Made by a program: the position numbers and the translations under genes
Notes under the pieces: generated by a model
Databases searched by the model: none
What the model was told of the DNA's origin: nothing
Seen by the model: the letters and a program-made list of their open reading frames with translations, nothing else
In this document: positions 11,041-20,281 of the stretch, piece by piece
Layout of the letters: each line of letters begins with the position of its first letter
How positions within the stretch are numbered: the stretch's first letter is position 1
Assembly: GCA_030694965.1 (NCBI GenBank)
Contig: JAUYTZ010000018.1
Coordinates: 81,559 to 145,558, forward strand
DNA from: Candidatus Paracaedibacteraceae bacterium
Lineage (GTDB): Bacteria; Pseudomonadota; Alphaproteobacteria; Paracaedibacterales; CAIOTO01
Direction: 5' to 3'
Length of the DNA: 64,000 nt

Positions 11041-13614
11041 TTATTCTTTTTTAGCTGGCGCCTTTTTTGTAGTTACTTTTTTAGCTGCAACTTTCTTTGC
11101 TGGAGCTTTTTTAGCTGCAACTTTCTTTGCTGGAGCTTTTTTGACAGCAGCCTTTTTTGTTGTTGCTTTCACATTTTCAGTGCTATCAGCTGCCTTTGCC
11201 TTAACAGTTGTTTTTCCTCTAACAGGGCGTGGTGGACGTGCTTTCTTTTTTGCAATAAGATCTACTGCTTCTTCGATTGTGACATGCAGGAAATCAATTG
11301 TTTTTGGGATGGATACAAACATGTCTTCATACTTAATATAAGGGCCAAAACGGCCATAACCGACGCTCATGGGCTTATCATCTTCTGGGTGCACACCAAT
11401 CATCTTGGGAAGAACAGATAATTGCATCGCTAATTCTAATGTTGCATCTGTTGGCAATACGGTAGCAGGTAAGGAGACACGCTTTGGCTTAGGTGCCTTT
11501 GGTTCTTTTTTCGGTTTTGCGGTCGACTTGCGTTTCGGTTTTGCCTCAGGATCAATAACAGGTTCTGGCGTTGGAATAATACCTTGCCATTCAAAATAGA
11601 ATCCATAAGGACCACGTTTTAGCAAAATTGGAATATTATGTATGGGGTCATTTCCCATTTCACGTGTTTCAGCTTCCATATGCTCTGCATTTGAATCATC
11701 GTCTTGCACAAGTGAACGTGTGTGGCGGCATTCAGGGTAGTTTGAACAACCGATGAATGCGCCAAACTTACTGAGTTTTAAATTCATTTTGCCTACTTTA
11801 CAAGCAGGGCATGTACGATCTTCTTCTGTTGTGCCATGAAATAAGAAATGCGCAAGATCGGCTTCCAGTGTATCAATAACTTCTGAAATGGTAAGCGGCG
11901 TTGTAAGTTCAACGTTCTTTTTAAAATCAGTCCAGAAATTTGTTAAGGTTGCTTGCCAAGAAAGATTTCCTGCAGAAATTTCGTCAAGCTCTTCTTCAAG
12001 TTGCGCTGTGAAATCATATTCAACATATTTTGGAAAATAGTGCGTTAAAAAGGATGTAACAATTCGGCCCCGATCTTCAGGAAAAAATTGACGCTTGTCA
12101 ACGCGCACATACTGGCGATCTTGTAATGTTTGAATAAGTGATGCGTATGTTGATGGGCGCCCAATACCAAGTTCTTCTAATTTTTTGACAAGCGTTGCTT
12201 CTGAAAAACGTGGTGGTGGCTGTGTGAAATGTTGATTTGGAGTGACGTCTTTTAAATCAACAGCTTGATTCTCGGTAAACTTAGGGAGTGTCCGTGCATT
12301 TTCATCATCGGATGGTTCATCAACACCTTCTTGATATAGGCGTAAAAACCCGTCAAATACTTGTGTTGAACCTGTCGCGCGGAAAACATTTTTACCGCTT
12401 GGGTCAGCCATATCAACAGCTACTTGATCAAATAAAGCTGTTTCCATTTGACTGGCAAGTGCGCGTTTCCATATAAGTTCGTAGAGCTTTCGTTGTTGAT
12501 CGTCAAGGTATGGAGCAACATCTTCAGGTTTTAATGTGAAGCGAGTGGGGCGGATACATTCGTGTGCTTCTTGTGCATTTTTTGCTTTTGTTTTGTATAC
12601 ACGTGGTGCGTTTGGAACATACGCATCGCCAAAATTTTTATTTAAAAAATCACGTGCTTCCGTGATTGCATCACCTGCCATATTGACGCTATCTGTACGC
12701 ATATAAGTGATTAAACCAAGCGTTTCGCCGCCAATTTCAATGCCTTCATATAATTTTTGGGCAACTTGCATTGTACGACTTGCACCAAATCCTAACTTGC
12801 GTGACGCTTCTTGTTGTAAGGTCGATGTGATAAATGGGGCTGCTGGGTTACGCTTTACTTGTTTTTTTTCAATGGATTTAACAGTATAGGATAAGACATT
12901 TAATTGGTTGACAGCAGCTTTTGCATCAATTTCATTAGTAATTGTAAACTTTTCAATCTTTGCGCCATTAAAGTAAGTTAAGCGCGCTTCGAATGCATCT
13001 TTGTTAGATTCAAAAGCACCTGTGATTGACCAGTATTCTTGGCTAATAAAGCGTTCAATTTCTTCTTCACGGTCAACAACAATACGAAGCGCAACAGATT
13101 GAACGCGTCCAGCTGAACGTGCGCCTGGAAGTTTGCGCCATAAGACCGGGGAAAGGGTGAAGCCAACAAGATAGTCAAGAGCCCGGCGCGCAAGATATGC
13201 TTGTACCAGTTCGTCATTTACAGGACGTGGGTGTTGCAGCGATGCTTGAACGGCTTTTTTGGTGATTTCATGAAAGACAATACGATGAATTTCCATGCCT
13301 TTTAATGCATTTGCGTCATTAAGTACTTCATTCACATGCCATGAAATTGCTTCCCCTTCTCTGTCAGGGTCGGTCGCTAGATAAAGTGTGTCAGCACCTT
13401 TTAGTGCTTTTTTTATGGCTTCAATATTTTTTCGTCCACGGTCATCCATTTCCCAAATCATTGAGAATGCATTGTCTGGATTAACAGATCCATTTTTGGA
13501 AGGAAGGTCTCGAATATGCCCATAGCTTGCTAAAACAGTAAAATCAGAACCGAGATACTTATTAATTGTTTTTGCTTTTGCAGGTGATTCAACGACAACG
13601 ACACTTCGTGACAA
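11041..13614 (-). CDS. topA: DNA topoisomerase I with Lys/Ala-rich C-terminal tail
   Basis: Toprim start VVVVESPAKAKTINKY, one C4 zinc ribbon CPACK...CSNYPEC, C-terminal topo-I repeat domains. TTG at 13614 preceded by AAGGAAG is preferred to the track start at 13668. Confidence 0.95.
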   Translation of the reverse strand: MSRSVVVVESPAKAKTINKYLGSDFTVLASYGHIRDLPSKNGSVNPDNAFSMIWEMDDRGRKNIEAIKKALKGADTLYLATDPDREGEAISWHVNEVLNDANALKGMEIHRIVFHEITKKAVQASLQHPRPVNDELVQAYLARRALDYLVGFTLSPVLWRKLPGARSAGRVQSVALRIVVDREEEIERFISQEYWSITGAFESNKDAFEARLTYFNGAKIEKFTITNEIDAKAAVNQLNVLSYTVKSIEKKQVKRNPAAPFITSTLQQEASRKLGFGASRTMQVAQKLYEGIEIGGETLGLITYMRTDSVNMAGDAITEARDFLNKNFGDAYVPNAPRVYKTKAKNAQEAHECIRPTRFTLKPEDVAPYLDDQQRKLYELIWKRALASQMETALFDQVAVDMADPSGKNVFRATGSTQVFDGFLRLYQEGVDEPSDDENARTLPKFTENQAVDLKDVTPNQHFTQPPPRFSEATLVKKLEELGIGRPSTYASLIQTLQDRQYVRVDKRQFFPEDRGRIVTSFLTHYFPKYVEYDFTAQLEEELDEISAGNLSWQATLTNFWTDFKKNVELTTPLTISEVIDTLEADLAHFLFHGTTEEDRTCPACKVGKMNLKLSKFGAFIGCSNYPECRHTRSLVQDDDSNAEHMEAETREMGNDPIHNIPILLKRGPYGFYFEWQGIIPTPEPVIDPEAKPKRKSTAKPKKEPKAPKPKRVSLPATVLPTDATLELAMQLSVLPKMIGVHPEDDKPMSVGYGRFGPYIKYEDMFVSIPKTIDFLHVTIEEAVDLIAKKKARPPRPVRGKTTVKAKAADSTENVKATTKKAAVKKAPAKKVAAKKAPAKKVAAKKVTTKKAPAKKE
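11081..11140. repeat. exact 30-bp tandem duplication inside the topA 3' end
   Basis: ttagctgcaactttctttgctggagctttt occurs at 11081-11110 and again at 11111-11140. It encodes KKAPAKKVAA twice. Confidence 0.9.
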
Positions 13615-13911
13615 AACTAGGACTTCCTTTGGGGGGCTACTTTCGCTTGTACCAAATATAACAAACAAATTGCAACTAAATTGTTCGGAAATTTATTGTT
13701 TTTAGAAAAAAGAAAAAGGGTGTGACTTAAAAAGACCAAATGTAGAATGACTAATGTACACAATATTATTTAAAAATGAATTTTTTTGCTATTGATCTTT
13801 TTAGTCATATGCACGAAAGACCATCATGCTTTCCTATAAATTTAATCTTTGCAGCGTGAATGTTTTTAACAGTGCTGCTTTTTATTAAGTGACACTGTTT
13901 TTTTATGCGAA

Positions 13912-15114
13912 TTAATGTTTTGCGTAATCATCAAAACCTTCAGGTAATTTTACGCGTGGTTCAATAAATGACAGCAACGGGTATAGTACAACAAAGTGAA
14001 AAAAATAATAGGCTGTGCACAAACGACCTAAAATTAAATAGATTCCTTCAGGCGGCTTTCCGCCAACCCAGCCAAGTACAAAACAGTTCGCAAGAAATAC
14101 CCAGAAAAAATATTTGTAATAGGGGCGGAAACGTCCGCTACGTACAGGATGTTTGTCTAGAAATGGTAAAATAAACAAGACAAAAATAGCGCCAAACATA
14201 GCCATAACGCCGCCAAGCTTGCTTGGGATCGACCTTAAAATAGCGTAAAAAGGTAAGAAATACCATTCAGGAACGATATGAGGCGGCGTAACCATTGGGT
14301 TTGCTGGAATGTAGTTGTCTGGTTCACCAAAAAAATTCGGCGTAAAGAAGATTAATGCTGAAAAAATGAGCAGGTAAACGCTTAAGCCAAATAGATCTTT
14401 AATCGTATAAAATGGGTGAAACGGTACGCTGTCAGATGGCTTTGTGCGTTCAATGCCAAGCGGATTATTTGATCCAAATTGATGCAAAGCAACTAAGTGC
14501 AACATTGTCACCGCAATGATTAAAAATGGAAATAAATAATGCAGCACAAAGAAACGATTTAATGTTGGGTTATCTACAGAAAAACCACCCCATAACCAGT
14601 GCACGATGGCTTCACCGCCAGGAAAAGCTGAAAACAAGTTGGTGATTACGGTTGCTCCCCAAAAGCTCATTTGTCCCCATGGTAAGACATAGCCCATGAA
14701 TGCAGTTGCCATCATAAGTAGTAGAATTACAACCCCAATCATCCAAAGGAGTTCGCGGGGGGCTTTATACGAACCATAGTAAAGGCCGCGCGCCATGTGA
14801 GCATAGACGACTATGAAGAACATGGACGCACCATTCATATGAATATAGCGAATGAGCCAACCACCATTTACGTCGCGCATAATGCTTTCAACGCTATCAA
14901 AGGCATGGTCAACGTGCGGCACATAGTGCATTGCTAAAAAAATGCCGGAGATGATCATAATGACAAGTGTGATGCCCGCAAGGGATCCAAAATTCCAAAG
15001 GTAATTTAAGTTTTTTGGCGTTGGGTATTCAGCTAATTCTTTATTAATAAAATGAAAAACTGGAAGACGCGCATCAATCCATTTGATGACTGAGTTCATA
15101 TGATTAAAGTCCAT
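13912..15114 (-). CDS. petB: cytochrome b (bc1 complex)
   Basis: 400 aa. [13 protein letters not shown], heme-ligand regions [12 protein letters not shown] and [10 protein letters not shown], and the Qo PEWY motif ([13 protein letters not shown]). Confidence 0.93.
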   Translation of the reverse strand: MDFNHMNSVIKWIDARLPVFHFINKELAEYPTPKNLNYLWNFGSLAGITLVIMIISGIFLAMHYVPHVDHAFDSVESIMRDVNGGWLIRYIHMNGASMFFIVVYAHMARGLYYGSYKAPRELLWMIGVVILLLMMATAFMGYVLPWGQMSFWGATVITNLFSAFPGGEAIVHWLWGGFSVDNPTLNRFFVLHYLFPFLIIAVTMLHLVALHQFGSNNPLGIERTKPSDSVPFHPFYTIKDLFGLSVYLLIFSALIFFTPNFFGEPDNYIPANPMVTPPHIVPEWYFLPFYAILRSIPSKLGGVMAMFGAIFVLFILPFLDKHPVRSGRFRPYYKYFFWVFLANCFVLGWVGGKPPEGIYLILGRLCTAYYFFHFVVLYPLLSFIEPRVKLPEGFDDYAKH

Positions 15115-15590
15115 GCTGCGTTATTAAAATTTATGATTTTATGATGGCTTGGTGGTCGCCTTTTTGCAAGAGGAGAGTTTTAAAAAGTATAAACTTATGC
15201 TGTGCTCAATTTGGAATTAAGTTCGAGGCGTTAGGTTTTAAAATGTGAAAACTATAACATTTTGACATAACCTAGTATCACATACTTGAGGCAGCATTCT
15301 TTGGTGCCTTTAAACATGGGAAGGTCAATACACCCAAGAAGGACGAACTTTTTATTACATGAAGGAACAGTCTATTAAAGTACATCTTAGCAATTTGTTT
15401 GATGTTATTGATATTAGGAAAGCTAAAGATTCCACAGCCAATGTGGCTCATCGTCCTGATAAAATGTGGTTAAATATTTTAGTAAAAAAGGTTTAAGCGA
15501 TCACGGTGTAATTTTTCTATATTCTTTGATTTTGCCAAAAAATATTCAACTGCATTACACTTTTTATAAAGGTGTTTATCGTAATCAATA

Positions 15591-16088
15591 CTAACGATCT
15601 TTTCGATCAATTCGAACTGGAAAGTTAATCATTTCAAATCCGTGTTTTAGTTGCAGGGCGCCAGATACAAAGATATCAAGTGACTGTTTTTGTGAGTCGT
15701 AGTCGCTAATGGTTACTTTTGTGTTTTTAAGACGAGGTTCAAATAAGTTAATTGATTTTTCGCACAAATTTATGATTTTTCGCCTGTCGAGGGTGTTTAA
15801 TGCATCAAAAGATTGAAAATCATTAAACCCAAATAAGGCAGGTAAGCCAAAATAAATAGCGTCATCTTCAACATCATCATAGAAAGCTTGTCGCGCACTG
15901 CGACGTGTATTTAGAATATGTGATACTTCATTGATAACAGAGGCCAATAATTCATCGTAGCCTAAAAAAGCTTGATAATTTTGATCCCACTTCGAGTGTG
16001 GATCTTCATCCGCAAAACGATCAAAAAAAGGTATAGCTGTACCTAAAATTGTTTTTGGCTCTGTTTTGAAAAGATTATCTTTGCTCAT
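15591..16088 (-). CDS. tssE: type VI secretion baseplate wedge protein TssE (gp25-like)
   Basis: 165 aa. GPW/gp25 pattern LLASVINEVSHILNTRRS...YFGLPALFGF...INLFEPRL. Starts 3 nt after the hcp-like stop. Confidence 0.8.
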   Translation of the reverse strand: MSKDNLFKTEPKTILGTAIPFFDRFADEDPHSKWDQNYQAFLGYDELLASVINEVSHILNTRRSARQAFYDDVEDDAIYFGLPALFGFNDFQSFDALNTLDRRKIINLCEKSINLFEPRLKNTKVTISDYDSQKQSLDIFVSGALQLKHGFEMINFPVRIDRKDR

Positions 16089-16091
16089 GAA

Positions 16092-16658
16092 TTATTCCGC
16101 TGTGTTTTTAATATAATCTGTTTTACTAACCATTTGTCCTGTGCAAAGACCTGTTTGATCGTAAACAAAAACAGTATTGGTTTTAACTGAAATCATGACG
16201 TGCACAATCATGCGATCAAGCTGCTGTTGGCACCGTTGAATACGGCAATTATTAAATTCAAGTGTTTGCAAGGGGACTTTATTATTTAAGACTGCACCTA
16301 TGTGCGTTATCACAATGCTGTCTAAATATTCACAACGATTCATTTTTGTTTCAATTTGTGCACTATGACCGCCAAAGGGAATAATCAAGATAAGGTCTGT
16401 GTGGCGTAATGTTGATGATGCAAGATTTGGACCACCACTTACTGGTGTTGCAGAAAGACAATTTGATTCTCCTTGCCATCCAAAAAGTTCAATGTAATTT
16501 GTATACCCATCAATTTCTGACGTAGTTATATTGTCAATTTTAATCATCCATTCAGGGGATCTTGCGCTCAAGAAAGAATCATTGTTTTGCGCATCTGTTG
16601 TGGCTACACGAAATTCACCTTTGCCAGGCAAATCGACAAGTTGAAAATTGTTTGGCAT
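16092..16658 (-). CDS. hcp: divergent Hcp/TssD-like tube protein with N-terminal extension
   Basis: 188 aa. WMIKIDNITTSEIDGYTNYIELFGWQGES aligns with the Hcp N-terminus (MFIKI..GES..IEVLSWSWG), followed by later beta-strand patterns. AGGAG lies 6 nt upstream of the ATG at 16658. The gene sits in the position hcp occupies in tssBC-hcp-tssE loci. Confidence 0.65.
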   Translation of the reverse strand: MPNNFQLVDLPGKGEFRVATTDAQNNDSFLSARSPEWMIKIDNITTSEIDGYTNYIELFGWQGESNCLSATPVSGGPNLASSTLRHTDLILIIPFGGHSAQIETKMNRCEYLDSIVITHIGAVLNNKVPLQTLEFNNCRIQRCQQQLDRMIVHVMISVKTNTVFVYDQTGLCTGQMVSKTDYIKNTAE

Positions 16659-16709
16659 TTAGTTCTCCTGTTGGATAATTCACTTGCGCAAATAAGAATA
16701 TATAAGACC

Positions 16710-18158
16710 TTACTTTGCAGGTGGTGGTAATGTAGCTACTAATCGTATAGACGCTGTAAGTTCTTCCATTTGGAAATGTGGTCTTAAGTAGACGACCGCG
16801 CGATAAGAGCCTGGCTGCCCTGGTACATCAAACACATCAATTCGCCCTTCGCGCAATGGATATTTAGCTTTAATACTTTGTGGCGCATCGTCATTTAAAA
16901 GGATATAGTTTGCGATCCATGTATTAAGGAAAAGCTCAACCTTGTCCCGTGTCATGAATGACCCGATCTTATCGCGCATCATTACTTTTATGTAATGTGC
17001 AAAACGTGATGCCGCAAGCACATAAGGTAAACGCGCGGAAAGCATTGCATTGGCATTTGCGTCATCAATGTCATAAAGACGTGGTCGTTGAACAGTTTGT
17101 GCGCCAAAGAACGCAGCATAGTCAGTGCCTTTACAGTGGCAAAGCGCTATAAAACCTTGGTCACTTAATTCTTTTTCACGGCGATCAGTAATTGCAACTT
17201 CGGTTGGGCATTTTAATGACACGTCGCCTGCTGTTGTTTTGAATGAATACGCTGGTAAGTTTTCCACTAATCCTCCGCCTTCAACGCCGCGAATAGCTGC
17301 AGTCCAGCCATAGTTTGAAAATGCATTGGTGATACGTTCAGCCATGACATAAGCCGGATTTCCCCAACAAAAGAGTTTTGTGTCTGTGCCATTCACATCT
17401 TCTATGAAGTTGAATCCATCAATAGGGGAGGTGTCTGGTCCATACGGAAGGCGCATTAAAACACGTGGTAAGAATAGGGATACGTATCTGGAATCTTCGC
17501 TGTTACGGAAGCTGTTCCATTTTGCAAGTTCTTGGCTTTGAAATGTTTTTGCAAGGTCGCGCGGAGCTGATATATTTTCAAAACTATCTAAGTCAAATAG
17601 TTTTGGATTTGCTGCTGTTAAAAGCGGTGCGTGGGCAGCTGCTGCCACAGCGGATAGTTTTTCTAAAAAGTTTAAGTCAAGCGCGCTACGTGAAAATTCA
17701 AAATCAGCAACTAAGCACGAGTAAGGGTGACCACCAAATGTGCCATATTCTTCTTCGTATACTTTTTTAAAGAGGTGGCTTTGATCAAATTCAGGTGATC
17801 GTTCAAGATCTTCAATCAGTTCTTTTTTAGATGTATTAAGCAAGCGCAATTTAAGTTTATTACTTGTTTTGGTATTTGACACAAGATAGTGAAGTCCTCT
17901 CCATGACCCCTCTAACTTTAAAAACTTTGGATCATGCAAAAATTCATTTAGCTGAGCTGTGATCAACTCATCTAATTGCCTGATGCGTTCTGAAATAAAT
18001 GCGCTAATATTTGAATGTGCAATATTTCCTTGTTGAAGTAGCTGATTAGCAAATTCAGTTAAAAGTTCGCGTGCAAAGGGTTTTTGGCTTTCATCATGAA
18101 CCATCTTTCCTTCAATCATAAGGGTATCAAGAACAGATGTCTTTGTATCCTCAGCCAT
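16710..18158 (-). CDS. tssC: type VI secretion sheath large subunit TssC (VipB)
   Basis: 482 aa. YGTFGGHPYSCLVADFEF, WGNPAYVMAERIT, CPTEVAITDRREKELSDQGFI. GGGAGA SD upstream of the ATG. Confidence 0.93.
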   Translation of the reverse strand: MAEDTKTSVLDTLMIEGKMVHDESQKPFARELLTEFANQLLQQGNIAHSNISAFISERIRQLDELITAQLNEFLHDPKFLKLEGSWRGLHYLVSNTKTSNKLKLRLLNTSKKELIEDLERSPEFDQSHLFKKVYEEEYGTFGGHPYSCLVADFEFSRSALDLNFLEKLSAVAAAAHAPLLTAANPKLFDLDSFENISAPRDLAKTFQSQELAKWNSFRNSEDSRYVSLFLPRVLMRLPYGPDTSPIDGFNFIEDVNGTDTKLFCWGNPAYVMAERITNAFSNYGWTAAIRGVEGGGLVENLPAYSFKTTAGDVSLKCPTEVAITDRREKELSDQGFIALCHCKGTDYAAFFGAQTVQRPRLYDIDDANANAMLSARLPYVLAASRFAHYIKVMMRDKIGSFMTRDKVELFLNTWIANYILLNDDAPQSIKAKYPLREGRIDVFDVPGQPGSYRAVVYLRPHFQMEELTASIRLVATLPPPAK

Positions 18159-18215
18159 AATTATCTCCCTGTAACTCAGTATCTTTTATTATTTTTTGGT
18201 TGTTTTGCTATTTTC

Positions 18216-18803
18216 TTATTTTGGGTCTAATTCATCATCTGAATTATTTTGATCAGCTTGGTAGTCATTCGTTTCTTTTTTCATGCGTATGCTTGGCATA
18301 AATGATTTTTTAATTAAGCCAAGTTCGATTAGAAGTGACTCGCGCTTATCTGGGTCATGAACAATATCGTTAAGCAGCTGTTCAAGCACGTCATTACCAT
18401 CTAGTTTTGCGAGCAAATCTTTAAGGTGAATACGTGATTCATAGAGTTTTAATAAAGCTGGGACCTGTTTTACGATGCTGAGCGGCTTAAAGTCATCCAT
18501 GCTTTCAAAGCGTAAATCTGCTTTTAATTTGCTATCATTATTAAAAAGTTTGTTGCTTGCATTAAGTGAAAGCGCTGGCTGAATAAATGACATAATATCA
18601 TCGAAATTATCAGCATCGATGTCTATGAATTTCTTATCTTTGATTTTTACTGTGTCAGAATGCATGCCTGAAAGATTTGCCATAATACCAACAACAAAGG
18701 GAAGCTCTTTGATTTCTGTTGTATCTCCCACAAGAACGTCATAGGTAATCTGCACGCGTGGTGCGCGAACGCGATCGATTTTATGTTGTGTGTTCTCGGA
18801 CAT
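18216..18803 (-). CDS. tssB: type VI secretion sheath small subunit TssB (VipA)
   Basis: RAPRVQITYDV...ELPFVVGIMANLSG...FESMDDFKP. The second ATG (18803) has GGGAG 6 nt upstream and is preferred to the track start at 18833. Confidence 0.9.
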   Translation of the reverse strand: MSENTQHKIDRVRAPRVQITYDVLVGDTTEIKELPFVVGIMANLSGMHSDTVKIKDKKFIDIDADNFDDIMSFIQPALSLNASNKLFNNDSKLKADLRFESMDDFKPLSIVKQVPALLKLYESRIHLKDLLAKLDGNDVLEQLLNDIVHDPDKRESLLIELGLIKKSFMPSIRMKKETNDYQADQNNSDDELDPK

Positions 18804-18982
18804 AACTAGCTCCCATTGTGTACTGTTTTGCATTCAAAACTACTCAGCAGTGCACATTCAAAATTTAAATATCGTATAAACGCAATTGTTCATAATTCAA
18901 TTTGACACTTTGAAAATTAAGATTTGGTTAATTTTATAAAATTTAAGAGAATTTTTCTTTTTATTGTTTAAAATGGTGGGAA

Positions 18983-19015
18983 TAAAAAAAATAGATGACA
19001 CCCTGTGACATCTAT
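18983..19015 (-). terminator. rho-independent terminator of pgk
   Basis: Hairpin atagatg(a)cac-cct-gtg(a)catctat at 18991-19015. On the minus strand it is followed by an 8-T run with one interruption (complement of ataaaaaaa, 18982-18990). Confidence 0.75.
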
Positions 19016-19051
19016 TTTGTAAATTTTATATACGTTTCTAGAAGGAATTCT

Positions 19052-20281
19052 TTACACCAAAGCTTCAATTCCTGGTAATGATTTCCCTTCAAGATATTCC
19101 AAGAAGGCTCCGCCAGCGGTTGAGCAATACGATAATTTATCCAAGCACCCTGCTTTGGTTAGAGTCGCCAATGTGTCGCCGCCGCCTGCAAGAGTGAGCA
19201 CACCTTTTTCCGTTAAATGGCCAAGCGCATGGGCAATCGCAAAACTGCCGCCTGTAAAGGCATCGTTTTCAAACATACCAACAGGTCCGTTCCAAATAAT
19301 TGTTTTGGCATTTTGTAATTTCTCAATGAAGAGCCTACGTGATTTTTCGCCAATGTCAAAAACAGAATAGGTTTCGGGTAGTTGGTCGTAGTCAACGGAG
19401 ATAACATTCATTTTTTCAGTAAAAGATAACTTTTCAACGGCAAGTCGGTCGCATGGAAAAACGATTTCAGCCGTGGCATTTTTTAAGATCTCGCGTGCTG
19501 TTTCAATATAATCATCTTCGACTAAAGATTGGCCGGCGCCAATGCCTTGTGCTTTAAAAAATGTATTGGCCATAGCACCGGCAATGATTAGACCATCTAC
19601 CTTTTTCGATAGATTTAAAAGCAAGTCAATTTTAGTTGAGACCTTTGATCCTGCGACAATAACCCATAAGGGGCGCTTAGGACTTTCAAAGGCATTTTTT
19701 AGGTATGAAATTTCACGTGCTAGACCCAAACCTGCATATGAAGGCAGTAAATGTGCAATGGCTTCGATGGATGCATGTGCGCGATGACTGCAAGAAAACG
19801 CCTCATTTACATAAAAATCAGCAAGTGCAGCAAGTTTTGCTGCAAAGACAGCATCATTTGTTTCTTCACCGCCAAAAAAGCGTATGTTTTCGCATAGCGC
19901 GATGTCGCCATTTTGCATCGCATTAATATGTTCAGATCCTGCAGAGGTTAGGGGGTTTTCAACATAACTTAAATCAAGGCTTAAGGCAGCTTGCATGTCA
20001 GCAAGTAGTGGTTTAAAGGAAAAGGCTCCTTCCATTACAAATAAATCAGGCGTATTATTGCCGGCTTTACGTTCGTTCTTTGCAAGAGTTGGTCTGCCAT
20101 AATGCGCTAATACAACTATTTTTGCGCCATTAGCCTGCAGTAAATGTAACGTTTCACGTGTATTAATCAAACGTGTTGCATCTAACATTTTTCCGTCCAT
20201 GTAGGGTACATTCCAATCAACGCGTACCAAGACATGTTTGCCGGTAAATGCTTTTGCAGTATCTGTTGTTAGAAAGTTCAT
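19052..20281 (-). CDS. pgk: phosphoglycerate kinase
   Basis: 409 aa. VLVRVDWNVP N-terminus and STAGGAFLEYLEGKSLPG C-terminus. Confidence 0.95.
   Translation of the reverse strand: MNFLTTDTAKAFTGKHVLVRVDWNVPYMDGKMLDATRLINTRETLHLLQANGAKIVVLAHYGRPTLAKNERKAGNNTPDLFVMEGAFSFKPLLADMQAALSLDLSYVENPLTSAGSEHINAMQNGDIALCENIRFFGGEETNDAVFAAKLAALADFYVNEAFSCSHRAHASIEAIAHLLPSYAGLGLAREISYLKNAFESPKRPLWVIVAGSKVSTKIDLLLNLSKKVDGLIIAGAMANTFFKAQGIGAGQSLVEDDYIETAREILKNATAEIVFPCDRLAVEKLSFTEKMNVISVDYDQLPETYSVFDIGEKSRRLFIEKLQNAKTIIWNGPVGMFENDAFTGGSFAIAHALGHLTEKGVLTLAGGGDTLATLTKAGCLDKLSYCSTAGGAFLEYLEGKSLPGIEALV

Noticed and set aside
15359-15496. 45-aa + strand ORF (MKEQSIKVHLSNLFDVIDIRKAKD...) in the tssE-petB gap
   Set aside because: No convincing SD (GAAGGA lies about 20 nt upstream), no recognisable motif, and below any reliable length threshold. 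It is mentioned only as context for the gap.
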